This document shows positions 28,006 through 39,615 of a stretch of 64,000 nucleotides of DNA, in pieces. The notes beneath the pieces are model-generated. The model was given only the letters and a program-made list of their open reading frames with translations, searched no databases and was not told where the DNA came from. Each line of letters starts with the position of its first letter. Within the stretch, counting starts at the first letter, position 1. Position numbers and translations under genes: made by a program. The DNA lies in contig CAXHJY010000181.1 of assembly GCA_964016885.1 (NCBI GenBank), positions 45,679-109,678 of the forward strand, given 5' to 3'. The DNA is from Eledone cirrhosa. Lineage: Eukaryota.

Positions 28006-28883
28006 TTAACTGTATACTTTGTGAAAAGTTCTATGGAATTTATGCAGGCAGATAGAAAACAAATCTGAGCGTCTATTTATTATAGATTCTAGGTTAGAGA
28101 TAATGGTAAATTTTTCATTTAGGCAGAGATTACAGATTTTAGATAGAGAACTGTTCAAGTATGAGGATGCAGGAGAAATCTTTTTCCAAAAGATGTTATA
28201 TTTAATGTTTTTGTCTTTTAAGGACCATATGAGTTCTGAGAGAGCAGTGTTAGTTCTTTTAAGTTTGTATTTGAAAGATGAATGATGATTATAGAGACGA
28301 GCTTTAAAAGAGGTGGAAGTGGAGCCAAAATAGGTGAAGGAATTGGTGCTAGTTATAATTTTACATTCATAAATTAAGTTTTTATCGAGGCAATGGTTGT
28401 TGAGAGGACATTTATTTTTAATGCGGCAGTTGCAATTAGCGAGATTATTAATGAGTGATCTAGTGTTATCTATAGAAGGAATTGGATTGGAGAAGTTGTT
28501 TGCGATAGGAATAATAGGAATAATAGTTTCTTGATTTAGAGTTGGATTATGAACATTTAGCGAAGTTGTGTTTGACGTTGTATTTGGGTTTACAGAAGTT
28601 AGCCTAGGGTTTACAATGACGTCGGGAGTACTATTACTGTTATTATGAAATTCAATATTGGAAGGAAGAGATTTAGTATTTAATATTTTGTTGTTGTGTT
28701 TAGAGATGATGTTGGAAATATTGGAGGATGTAGAATACGAAAATTTGATGGTGTGTTTGTTAAATATTTTACTATAGATATGTGAGGGAGGGAAGCATTT
28801 ATTTAAGGCACTAAAAAATAATTTAGGAATATTGTTATTAATAGAGATGGAGAAAGGAGCATTATACCAGATTATGTTTTTGT
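28006..28883 (-). pseudogene. Penelope-like ORF C-terminal part: linker plus GIY-YIG endonuclease, no start codon
   Basis: Hand translation has no stops: KNIIWYNAPFS..KCFPPSHIYSKIFNKHTIKFSYST..CNCRIKNKCPLNNHCLDKNLIYEC..TYFGSTSTSFKARLYNHHSSF..TALSELIWSLK..CNLCLNEKFTII..INRRSDLFSICLHK..*. Confidence 0.88.
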
Positions 28884-29049
28884 AAATTGGAATAAATGCT
28901 CTGACACATATATATCGCTATTTCAGAGCATTTATTCCAATTTCTAATTTCTGCCGGACCGGCAACCGCTCTTTCAAACCAGTTCCTGTACACAGCTAAG
29001 TATTCTATAAGTCTCTAGCTGTGTCATTCTCGATAAAAGCACTGGATAT

Positions 29050-29092
29050 GTAGTCCTGAAGATTTCTAATAAGAATGAAACGCGTAGATTAC
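29050..29092 (+). ncRNA. Minimal type-I hammerhead ribozyme, unit 1
   Basis: gtagtc-CTGAAGA-t ttct aata agaa t-GAAA-cgcg-TA-gattac, enclosed by a 16-bp stem (29026-29041 with 29099-29114). Confidence 0.8.
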
Positions 29093-29359
29093 TTCCCTTG
29101 CTTTTATCGAGAATCTAATTGTAATACGTGACGTATTCTATTCTATAGCGATTAGGTCTTCAAAATGTTTATTATAAACATACAGAATATTTTCGAATAT
29201 TCTATGTCTATATTCACATATATATCGCTATTTCAGAGCATTTATTCCAATTTCTAATTTCTGCCGGACCGGCAACCGCTCTTTCAAACCAGTTCCTGTA
29301 CACAGCTAAGTATTCTATAAGTCTCTAGCTGTGTCATTCTCGATAAAAGCACTGGATAT

Positions 29360-29402
29360 GTAGTCCTGAAGATTTCTAATAAGAATGAAACGCGTAGATT
29401 AC
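29360..29402 (+). ncRNA. Hammerhead ribozyme, unit 2
   Basis: Same sequence as unit 1, offset +310. Confidence 0.8.
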
Positions 29403-29669
29403 TTCCCTTGCTTTTATCGAGAATCTAATTGTAATACGTGACGTATTCTATTCTATAGCGATTAGGTCTTCAAAATGTTTATTATAAACATACAGAATAT
29501 TTTCGAATATTCTATGTCTATATTCACATATATATCGCTATTTCAGAGCATTTATTCCAATTTCTAATTTCTGCCGGACCGGCAACCGCTCTTTCAAACC
29601 AGTTCCTGTACACAGCTAAGTATTCTATAAGTCTCTAGCTGTGTCATTCTCGATAAAAGCACTGGATAT

Positions 29670-29712
29670 GTAGTCCTGAAGATTTCTAATAAGAATGAAA
29701 CGCGTAGATTAC
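29670..29712 (+). ncRNA. Hammerhead ribozyme, unit 3
   Basis: Same sequence as unit 1, offset +620. Confidence 0.8.
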
Positions 29713-29834
29713 TTCCCTTGCTTTTATCGAGAATCTAATTGTAATACGTGACGTATTCTATTCTATAGCGATTAGGTCTTCAAAATGTTTATTATAAACA
29801 TACAGAATATTTTCGAATATTCTATGTCTATATT

Positions 29835-29876
<42 letters not shown>

Positions 29877-29878
<2 letters not shown>

Positions 29879-30302
29879 GTAGGAGGTGAGTTTTATTGTA
29901 GTACAATAAAGCAATGCAGATATCGGAAAAGAAGCACTCTACAGTTTGTAGGACTGGAGTATACATAATATATAAGATCAAAAGATGGTTAAAGGAGTTC
30001 CATGTATTTTATTATGCGCATTTCAAAAACAAACATCATCATGCAATAATATTTGTGTTTTCATCAGATAAAACAGGAGGACATGATATAAAGGCTAAAA
30101 AACACTTGTGGATAGTGCAGTTTTAAATCAACATATCAACATATGTTGATTTAAAACTGCACTATCCACAAGTGTTTTTTAGCCTTCATATCATGTCCTC
30201 CTGTTTTATCTGATGAAAACACAAATATTATTGCATGATGATGTTTGTTTTTGAAATGCGCATAATAAAATACATGGAACTCCTTTAACCATCTTTTGAT
30301 CT

Positions 30303-30310
<8 letters not shown>
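29877..30310. mobile_element. Penelope pLTR-like segment with inverted duplication; hammerheads at 30007-30073 (-) and 30204-30270 (+)
   Basis: Same family as 22101-22462, with arms ~29968-30135 and ~30141-30310. Confidence 0.8.
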
Positions 30311-30333
<23 letters not shown>

Positions 30334-30348
30334 AATATATATATATAT

Positions 30349-30440
<92 letters not shown>

Positions 30441-30599
30441 GTCGAAACGGCTTGAGCTCAGCCGTCGGGGTCTTACTGTTTCCTATTACCCACCCTACTA
30501 TCCTAAGTATTGAGTACTTTGGTGCATTATGGTCCACCTGGTTCCTTACCACATTTCCTTCGTTATATATATGTATATATATGTATATATATATATAAA

Positions 30600-33500
30600 T
30601 GTAATGTATAATAGAACATTTTCTTCTTGTCTCCTAAAACTTGGTTCATTCATCCATATATATCTACAATCGTTGCTATCCTATAATTCCGTCTCACTGT
30701 TCTAAATTAATCTTCTCCACGCTTCTTCTAAATAATCTTCTCTTTGCTAACTTGTTCTAAATAATCTCCACTTTGCTACCATTTTCGCCGAAAAAAAATT
30801 TTTCCAGGATTCATAAAAATAGATTCTCTTTGCTAACTACCCCATATCCCTCCCTCCAGCCCCCACTCTCCACCTTTACTATTTGGACCAATCACAAGTC
30901 AACGGCCTATGCTATCACTACTGGCTGCTTTTCGATATGATGGATGGACTAAGGAATTTCTGGAGAGTCTGAAGAATCTGGACACTCGATGACAATGCCA
31001 AAGATAACGACAAATTCACCTCATGCTGTCGGACGAAAGGGCAAGGCCTCCCCCTCTTTGTTTCGGCCGCGGATGGCCAACATAACCCCAAACTCATTCC
31101 CCTCACCCCTCCCTGCACCCCATCCTCCAAACACAATCCAAAACTTCAGAGTTGGTACCATGAACGTAGGCACCTTAAAAGGCCGCTCTAACGAGGTTGT
31201 AGAATTGCTTGAACGTAAGGAGGTTGATGTTCGCTGTATCCAAGAGACCAGGTGGAGGGGCGGGTCTGCTAGATTCATTGTGGGTAAAAAACGTTGCTAT
31301 AAGCTTTTCTGGGTGGGGAATGACAATGGGATAGGTGGGGTAGGAATCATGTTAGCAGAAAAATGGGTGGATAAGAAAATAGATGTAAATAGAGGGAATG
31401 ACAGAATAATTAAAATAAGACTTGTTCTAAACAGAACTACTGTGACAGTAATATCTGCATACGCGCCGCAATCCGGACTGCCTGGCGCTATAAAAGACAG
31501 ATTCTATGAGACACTGATGCTCGCTACCTCCCAAATAACTGACAGTGACTATATAATTATTGCTGGCGACCTAAATGGCCACGTTGGACAACATTGTGAC
31601 GGCTATGATGGAATCCACGGAGGCTATGGGTTTGGTACTAGAAACGAGGAAGGCTCCAGACTCCTGGAATTCTGTGATGCAAACAACCTAACTATCTGTA
31701 ACACTAACTTCAAAAAACGAGACAATCACTTGATCACATACAGATCAGGGGAACATACAAGCCAGGTAGATTATATCCTTACCAGAAGACGTGACAGAGT
31801 GTCTGTTGTAAACACTAAATCCCCCCCCCCCCCCCCCCCCCATGAAGAATGCACCTCCCAACATAGACTGATAATTAGCGACCTCATAATCAGGACGAGA
31901 GGTACTAGACAGCAGAAGAGGACTATCCTCAGGAGAAAAATATGGAAGCTAAAGGATCCTACAGCCGGAAATAAATTTCAAAGCATATTACTTGATGCTT
32001 TCGACAGTAAGGAAGAGCAATTAGAGTCGTACAAGGTAGAGGAACAGTGGGAATTCCTGAAAGCAAACCTGCTGATGGCGGCAGACGAAGTCTGTGGCTG
32101 GAGCAGGCCTGTAGGCAGGAGGAGAGTAACATGGTGGTGGAACAGTAAGGTGGAGGGGTCAATCAAGGCCAAAAAGCAGGCTTGGAAAGCATGGCGGGAT
32201 GGGGGAAGTAGAGAAGACTATCAAGTGGCCAGGAGGGAAGCTAGGAGACAAGTGTACTTCGCAAGAAGGGAAGCAGAGGAAAGAAAGTTCAAGCATGTTC
32301 TACAACGCCAGGACCAAAAACGTGATGTGTTCAGGATTGCTAGGCAATGTGTCAAGGAAAACCGTGATATTGTCGGGGAGAAGTGTGTACTTAACGATGA
32401 TGGTGTACTTGCCATCACTGACGCTGATAAGAAGGTTGCTTGGAAGTATCACTACGAAAGGGTACTAAATGAGGAAAATAAATGGGAGAAAGACAGTCTC
32501 CCCCACATCGACCCAATAGAGGGACCAGCAGTGTTAGTCGAAGGTAGTATAATAAGTAAGGCAAGCAAAGATATGAAGACAGGTAAGGCGGCTGGGCCTT
32601 CGGAAATAGTTGCTGAGATGCTGAAAGCCTCTGGAACGGTGGGTCACCCGGATAGTAAACCAAGTCATACCGAATGGGGTTGTTCCGAAGGACTGGCGTA
32701 GCAGCATCATCGTTAACTGTTACAAGGGTAAAGGAGACGCCCTAGATAGGAGTAACTATAGAGGCATTAAATTAATCGACCAGGTCATGAAGGTCACGGA
32801 AAAAGTAATAGCGCAACTAATCAGAGAGAGAATTGATCTAGATGAAATGCAGTTCGAGTTTGTGTCAGGCAAAAGTACCACAGACGCTCTTTTCATTGTA
32901 CGACAACTACAGGAGAAGTACCTAGCTAAAAGTAAACCCCTATACTTAGCTTTTGTCGACTTGAAGAAAGCCTTTGACAGAGTCCCCCCGTTCCATTATC
33001 TGGTGGGCTCTTAGAAAACTAGGTGTTGACGAATGGCTTGTGAGAGCTATACAAGCCATGTATAAAGAAACAGTCAGCAAGGTTAGAATTAACAACGAAT
33101 ATAGTGAAGAGTTTAGCGTAAAAGTTGGTGTCCATCAGGGCTCTGTTCTTAGCCCCCTACTATTTATTATTGCCCTTCAGGCTATAACAGAGGAGTTCAA
33201 GACCGGCTGCCCATGGGAACTCCTATACGCTGATGATCTAACGCTCATAGCTGAATCAATGGCCGAACTAGAGAAGAAATTCCAAACATGGAAGCACGGC
33301 CTAGAATCAAAAGGCCTTAAAATTAACCTGGCTAAGACTAAAGTTCTAGTTTGTAGGAAAGAAAATAAGGCGCCAGTCCCTTCCAGGAAATGGCCATGCT
33401 CAGTGTGTAGGAAAGGCGTATGTAGAAACTCCATTTTATGTCCCAAATGCAAAGTATGGGTGCATAAAAGATGTAGTGGGATCACAGGTAAGCTAACATA

Positions 33501-34562
33501 AGAACACAGATTTTAAATGTGGCCGGTGCTCTGGTGCAATAAGTAGCAGCAAGTGCCCACAAATACTAGCTCTTTCAATTGCGCAGAGGGTTCTATAGAA
33601 ATAGTGGACAGCTTCCGTTACCTGGGTGACAAAATCAGCAGTGGGGGGAGGGTGCTCTGAAAGTACAGTAGCTAGAGTCAGAACTGGATGGAAAAAGTTC
33701 AGAGAGCTTATACCACTATTAGCCACTAAAGGGTTCTCCCTAAAAATGAAAGGCAGGTTGTATGATGCCTGCATACGAACAGCAATGTTGCATGGCAGTG
33801 AGACCAGGGCATTGTGTGCAGAGGATATACGCAGACTAGAGAGGAACGAAGCTTGCATGCTCCGCTGGATGTGTAATAGAAATATACATGAATGGCAAAG
33901 CATAAACGAACTAAGGAAAAAATTAGAAATAAGAGGGATCAGATGTTTACTCGAGAGAAGGCTACGTTGGTATGGTCACGTGATACGCATGAAAGATGAC
34001 AGCTGTATAACAAAGTGCAGGGCAATAAAGATAGATGGTAGCCACGGAGTAGGCAGACCCAGAAAAACCTGGGACGAGCTGATAAATTCCGACCTCACAC
34101 ACTTACACCTCTCCAAGACAATGTCACTGGACCGAGACCTTTGGCGGTACTCAGTAACAGAGAAGACCCGCCTTACCTAAATACAAAGTAAAACCTACTA
34201 CAGTCAGTAGGCATCTCTAACAAAATACACCCCCGTCCCTCCACCCCCACCCCATCCACACCGCCCCTTTCAATGTAAAGTTATGTTGGTACCACAACAT
34301 CCAGGCCGAAACAAATGAGATCGTGTAGGTGTCGCGACAAAAAAAAACACAGTCCACGCTGTAATGTGGCCGTGTAGGCAACACGGTAAAAACTTCCCAG
34401 TCCCACACTGTAAATGTGGTTGGTGTTAGGAAGGGCATCCAGCTGTAGAAAACCCGCCAGACAGTCCTATGCGAGCAAGACAACCACTCTTGCCTCAAGT
34501 GGGAAAACTCCCGTCCAAACCCATGCAAGCGTGGAACATGGACGTTAAACGATGATGATGAT
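30600..34562 (+). mobile_element. Near-full-length RTE-clade LINE, frameshifted
   Basis: APE (GTMNVGTL, IQETR, SAYAPQ, GDLNGH, VDYIL), RT (AFVDLKKAFD, GVHQGSVLSP, YADD), a Cys/His finger, stop at 34180, 3' UTR and (gat)n tail. Frameshifts lie near 32641, 32988 and 33495. The 5' boundary is approximate. Confidence 0.95.
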
Positions 34563-34577
34563 ATGTATATATATATG

Positions 34578-34610
<33 letters not shown>

Positions 34611-34683
34611 GTATATGTGTATATATATATGTATATGTGTATATATATGTATATGTGTATATATATGTATATGTGTATATATA

Positions 34684-34760
<77 letters not shown>

Positions 34761-34879
34761 GTATATGTATATATATATATGTATATGTATATATATATAT
34801 ATGTATATGTATATATATATGTATATGTGTATGTATATGTGTATATATATACACATATACATATACACATATATATATG

Positions 34880-34911
<32 letters not shown>

Positions 34912-34923
34912 TATGTGTATATA

Positions 34924-35333
34924 CGGGAGAGATGACCCCTTAGCCTTTGTCAAGGCAGAATTCTAGGAGAAGGAAAACTCTGATATAACACCTGCAGCCC
35001 TGATGGTATCCAATGATGTTGACTTGTTCTTCTTTTTGGTAAATATCATCTTGGTTAAGAGAGTGGGACTGGCTTTGTGCAGTGCCTTTTCTCACTATAA
35101 AAGCTTCACGGCACAGGCATTGCTTTATATCTGGAGATCTCTCTCCACTTGTCGTCACATGGTACCATGGGCCCAGCACTATGTGTCAATAATTGTCACA
35201 AGTGTAGTGTTTGTACCAGAGTTTTCAAGTCGCTGGCTGGATTAAAAAGTCACACTCGTTCAGTGCATCGGTAGGGGTTCTCCTACATGGATATAAAGTA
35301 GTGGCCGTACTCGAAAATGAGTTGGCAGCCAAC
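34924..35333 (+). mobile_element. Element X, 5'-truncated copy 4
   Basis: Matches the 3' 410 bp of X. Confidence 0.85.
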
Positions 35334-35368
35334 ATATATGTATGTATATATGTATGTATATATGTATC

Positions 35369-35952
35369 TCATCATCATCATCACCGTTTTACGTCCGTTC
35401 TTCCACGCTAGCATGGGTTAGACGGGTTGTCCTGTTGTGGGCAGTGTCTGGTCGGCTGACCATACCTTACTCATACAGGAACTGATTTGGCTTGATTTCT
35501 ATAGCTGGATGCCCTTCCTAACACCAACCTCATTTACAGTGAGTGCTGGGTGCTTTTTTTGCCTTGGCACCTCCACGACCACCTTGCGTTGGGGGGTGTG
35601 GGGGCATATTGTCTATATGCTTCAGCTTGTACCCATGGGAGGTCGGGTACTCTGTATTACTGCATGACGCCAGAAGTCACGGTCGTGCGTCATTGCCTTT
35701 GAGAGGTGTAATTGGGTAAGGTCGGCTTTTATCACCTCATCCCAGGTCATCTTGGGTCTCCCCACTCCGCGGTTTCCATCAACTTCTAGTGCTCTGCACC
35801 TTTTTATGCAGCTGTCATCCTTCATACGCATCACATGTCCATACCAGCGCAACCGCCTCTCCTGCACACAGCATTTGATTCCTCTTATGCTCAGTCTCTC
35901 TCTCAATTCATTTATGCTTTGTCGTTCACGTATATTACTGTTACACATCCAT
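35369..35952 (-). mobile_element. RTE LINE 3' fragment, subfamily B
   Basis: [34 protein letters not shown] plus UTR and tail. Confidence 0.88.
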
Positions 35953-36119
35953 CTGTGTATCCCCACATACACAGCCTCCGAAATCTACACGCTACCCTCT
36001 CCCCCACCCCCTCTGACCCTCTCCATCCAGACGCACACACACCCCACCCCATGTACACACCGGTTTCCCTATTACCCGAACATAGAACCTCGTTTTTTCC
36101 CCCAACTCTCACATTCACA

Positions 36120-36860
36120 TGCATCGGAAGATGTAGGAGTCAAACTAGTAACCTGCATAGTCAATCGGGAAATACAGGATGGTGCCATATCCTATGACTG
36201 TACAATCATAAATTGCTACATAGGAAAAGGTGATGCTCTAGAAAGGAGCAACTATAGAAGAATAAAACTAATGGACCATGTTATAAAAGTGATGGAAAGA
36301 TTATATAACACAGTTAATTAGGGAAAGAGACAAATAAGATGAGATGCAGTTTGGCTTCATGCCTAGAAAAAGTACTATAGATGCCCTCTTCTTAGTGAAG
36401 GCTTTTGAGTACCTTAAAGAAATTGGGTGTAGAAGAATGATTTGTAAGAACAGTGCAAACTATGTATATAGGAGCTGTCAGTCAAGTGAGTGTAGGAAAT
36501 GAGTTTAGTGAGGAATTCAAGGTACAGGTAGGAGATCATCAGGGTTCAGTTCATAGCCTACTGCTATTCATCATAGTTCTCCAAGCCATAACAGAGGAGT
36601 TTAAGACTCGTTGTCCATGGGAACTTCTTTATGCAGATGACCTGGTCCTTATAGCTGAATCCATTAACGAGCTAGAGAATAAGTTCCAACAACGGAAACA
36701 AAACTTGGAATCAAATGATCTGAGAGTAGACTTAGCCAAAACTGAAGTACTAGTAAGGAGGAAAAAAGATAGGACCCAGATTCCCCCAGGGAAGTGGCTT
36801 TGCTCAATATGTAGAAAAGGAGTAGGCATAAACTTTATACATTGTCTATAATGTAAAACT
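36120..36860 (+). mobile_element. Decayed RTE RT fragment
   Basis: KGDALERSNYRRIKLMD, HQGSVHSLLLF and WELLYADD. Confidence 0.85.
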
Positions 36861-37354
36861 TGTAGCGTCATCCCCCTAATGAAGCAAACATGTCAGTATG
36901 TATGTCCGTTGGGGCTAAATCCTTTTTCAAGAGAAGTTGTTACTAGTTACTTTTGAAGTCTTCTTTGAAAAGTCAGATGTCAGTTTACTTGAAAAAGACA
37001 AAAAAAAAAACCTAACAAAAAAACAAACAAAAACAATGCAGTTATTAAGAAGAGTTGAAATTAATACATGCAAGATTTCACAGTTCTAGCATCCCTTCTT
37101 CATAGCCTATGAACTTTTCAGCCCATGTGTAAGCAAAAAGAAATGAGAAAATTCATTTCAATGAAGATGTATATTAGTTTAATGCTTGATTTAGTAGGAA
37201 AAGAGACTTAACGTTTTGTATTTCAGCCTTTCATCAGAAGATAGAATGAGAGATAGAAAAAAAAATAGAAAGATAGAAAAGAGTAAGAAAATAAAAAAAA
37301 GAGGAAAACCATTTTCCGTGGATGAAAACAGGTGTGGAGTTAGCCATTCTGGAT

Positions 37355-37542
37355 AATTGTTTCTACTTTTGGCACAAGGCCAGCAATTACCCAGTACATG
37401 ACTGGTACTTTATTTTATCGACCCCCGTAAGGATGATAGGTAAAGTTAACCTCGGCAGGATTTGAACTCAGAATGGAAAGGGCCGTAACTATGCGTCAAA
37501 GCATGGCATCCGACCCTCTACCGATACTGCCAATCCACCGCC
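37355..37542 (-). mobile_element. tRNA-derived SINE
   Basis: Same family as 44519-44706, with the direct repeat cattctggataat at 37345-37357 and 37577-37589. Confidence 0.88.
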
Positions 37543-38478
37543 CTCCCACCCACACCGATACACCACCCACTCCACACATTCTGGATAATGTGTGTGTGTG
37601 TTTATGTTTGTGCCTGTATTTATGTCCCATAACATAGGAGTTCAACAAAAAATAAATTAATACGAGTACTGAGGTTGATATGATCAACTAAATCAAGACT
37701 GTACCTAAACATGTCTGCAGCCCGATGACTGCCAAAATGGAAGATATTTCAGTGGGATTTGGTCACTCAACCCATCTAATATGATAGTAGCTCTGATAAA
37801 AAAAATAACTTGATCTGTAACGACCCATCCACCCCATGTCAGCATCGAAATGCAGACATTAAAATGATGATAATGATGACACCTTCCCTGGGTGTTGGTA
37901 AAATAAGAGCTAACAAAGAACAAAACTAAATTCAATTTTTCTAATTTTAGCACCAGGAAAATCTTGCTCTTTCACATACAGAAATAAACTTTTACTAGTG
38001 TCAACCATAACAAGATGAGGATTAGGGTGACCACTGTTTATTTTAACTTTTATAGATTATCTTCAGTACTGCTGCTGTAGATTTTATAAAAATACTGAAA
38101 TTACAATCTCTGATTAGTCATTTCCTTAAAATACCAATGAACAACAACAGCTGTATATTGCCATAAATACTTGACAATACCTGCTTTAATACAGTTTTCT
38201 AGGCTTTGCAAACACTAATGTGAAAGTGAGTTCATGCTATATAAATAAATTACAAGTGTCTTTAATGACTAGACCACTATACCCACTAACATCACATATG
38301 CAGCAAAAGGAATATGATATTACATGATGACTAATAATTTTTCCCTTGATAAGTATGGTACATCACGCCAGATGCATTTCTGTTGTCTTAATTTCTACAA
38401 TCTGTTCATTAATTGAAATTATTAGCAAGTAAGAACTTCGTGCATAAATATTCTAAATTGTAAGTTTGTAAAATAAAT

Positions 38479-38655
38479 AATTGTTTCTACTTTAGGCACA
38501 AGGCCAACAATTTTGGCGGAGAGGAAAGTCGATTAAATCGACCCCAGTGCATTACTGGTGCTTTATTTGATTGACCTTGGCAGGATTTGAACTCAGAACG
38601 TAAAGGGACATAACTATGCCGCGAAGCATGTTGTCTGGCACTCTACCGATATAGC
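38479..38655 (-). mobile_element. tRNA-derived SINE variant
   Basis: Same head and tail as the 44519 family, with internal indels. Confidence 0.75.
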
Positions 38656-39183
38656 CCCTAGCAAGCAGGGAAAGGCAGACGTAAAATGATGATGATGATG
38701 AATGACAGACGAAATTTGTGTTGAATACAGTCCATATGATAATTAGATAATTAAGTTGGGCAAAATATATTTAATGATCCTTGCAAGCAGGAAAAAGCAA
38801 ACGTAAAATGATGATGATGAGAACACTAAATAACTAAATTTTATTCCATTGTAAAATAAAAATATATTTGTTAAAGCCTAATATTTTTCATGAGAATTTT
38901 TCGGAGATATATCTGGGCATACATTTCCCTTTTACAGAAAGGTTTTTCATGTAATACAGCTTTTTTATCACCGAGACTTCACCAATGTGTATAAATATAT
39001 ACGCATATCTAATATGTAAGCATGTAAACATGCAAGAAAAAAAAAAAACAATTCCTGTAAATTGAAAAAAAAAATGATAAACATCTTTAACCAATTTTTG
39101 GATTATCAACAGAAGACATGTATATCATCCAATCAACTATATGTCTTCTCTTGGGGTTCCAATTAGATCCGAAAATTGATTAA

Positions 39184-39405
39184 CCCTTTAGGATTTAAAC
39201 TGGCCATATCTGGCCAGAATTCTCTAACCTCTTCCTGTTCAAACCAGCTGTAACTGGTTCGTTCATACTGATGTTAAGGTATTGTTCTCAAAATAAATAA
39301 TATCAACATCTCATAGATTCGATATTATGTGAGATAATTATGTGAGATAAAGCCTTTACTGTTAAAATATAATAGTAAATATAGAATAATGTAAATGCTA
39401 AAGGG
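39184..39405 (+). mobile_element. piggyBac-type MITE (222 bp)
   Basis: TTAA|ccctttaggattta ... taaatgctaaaggg|TTAA. Confidence 0.8.
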
Positions 39406-39615
39406 TTAAAGATGTTTCTCATTTTTTTTCAATTAACAGGGAAATTCGTATTTTCTGGCATGTTTACATGCCTACATATCAGATATGTGTATATATTTAT
39501 ACACATTGCTGCAGTCTCAGTTACATACTATGTATTTATACAGATATAAATTTATCATAAACTTTGACTGCTATCACACTTCTTACCATCCACCCATCCA
39601 CCACCTCTCTACACA

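Larger units (their letters stand above)
26909..28883 (-). mobile_element. 5'-truncated Penelope-like retroelement (GIY-YIG endonuclease, 3' UTR, pLTR)
   Basis: An open minus frame at 28883-28006, then a pyrimidine-rich 3' UTR with internal duplications and a hammerhead-bearing terminus. Confidence 0.88.
28905..29834 (+). repeat. Tandem array of 3 x 310 bp, hammerhead-containing
   Basis: Units start at 28905, 29215 and 29525 and appear identical by eye. Confidence 0.95.

Noticed and set aside
28905-29834. CRISPR-like array
   Set aside because: The units are contiguous and identical with no unique spacers, there are no cas genes, and the context is eukaryotic.
37205-37245. Additional hammerhead on the minus strand (ctgatga..aaacgtt)
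   Set aside because: Stem II and the GAAA core are too degenerate to support a call. The isolated ctgatga at ~66 likewise lacks the rest of the fold.
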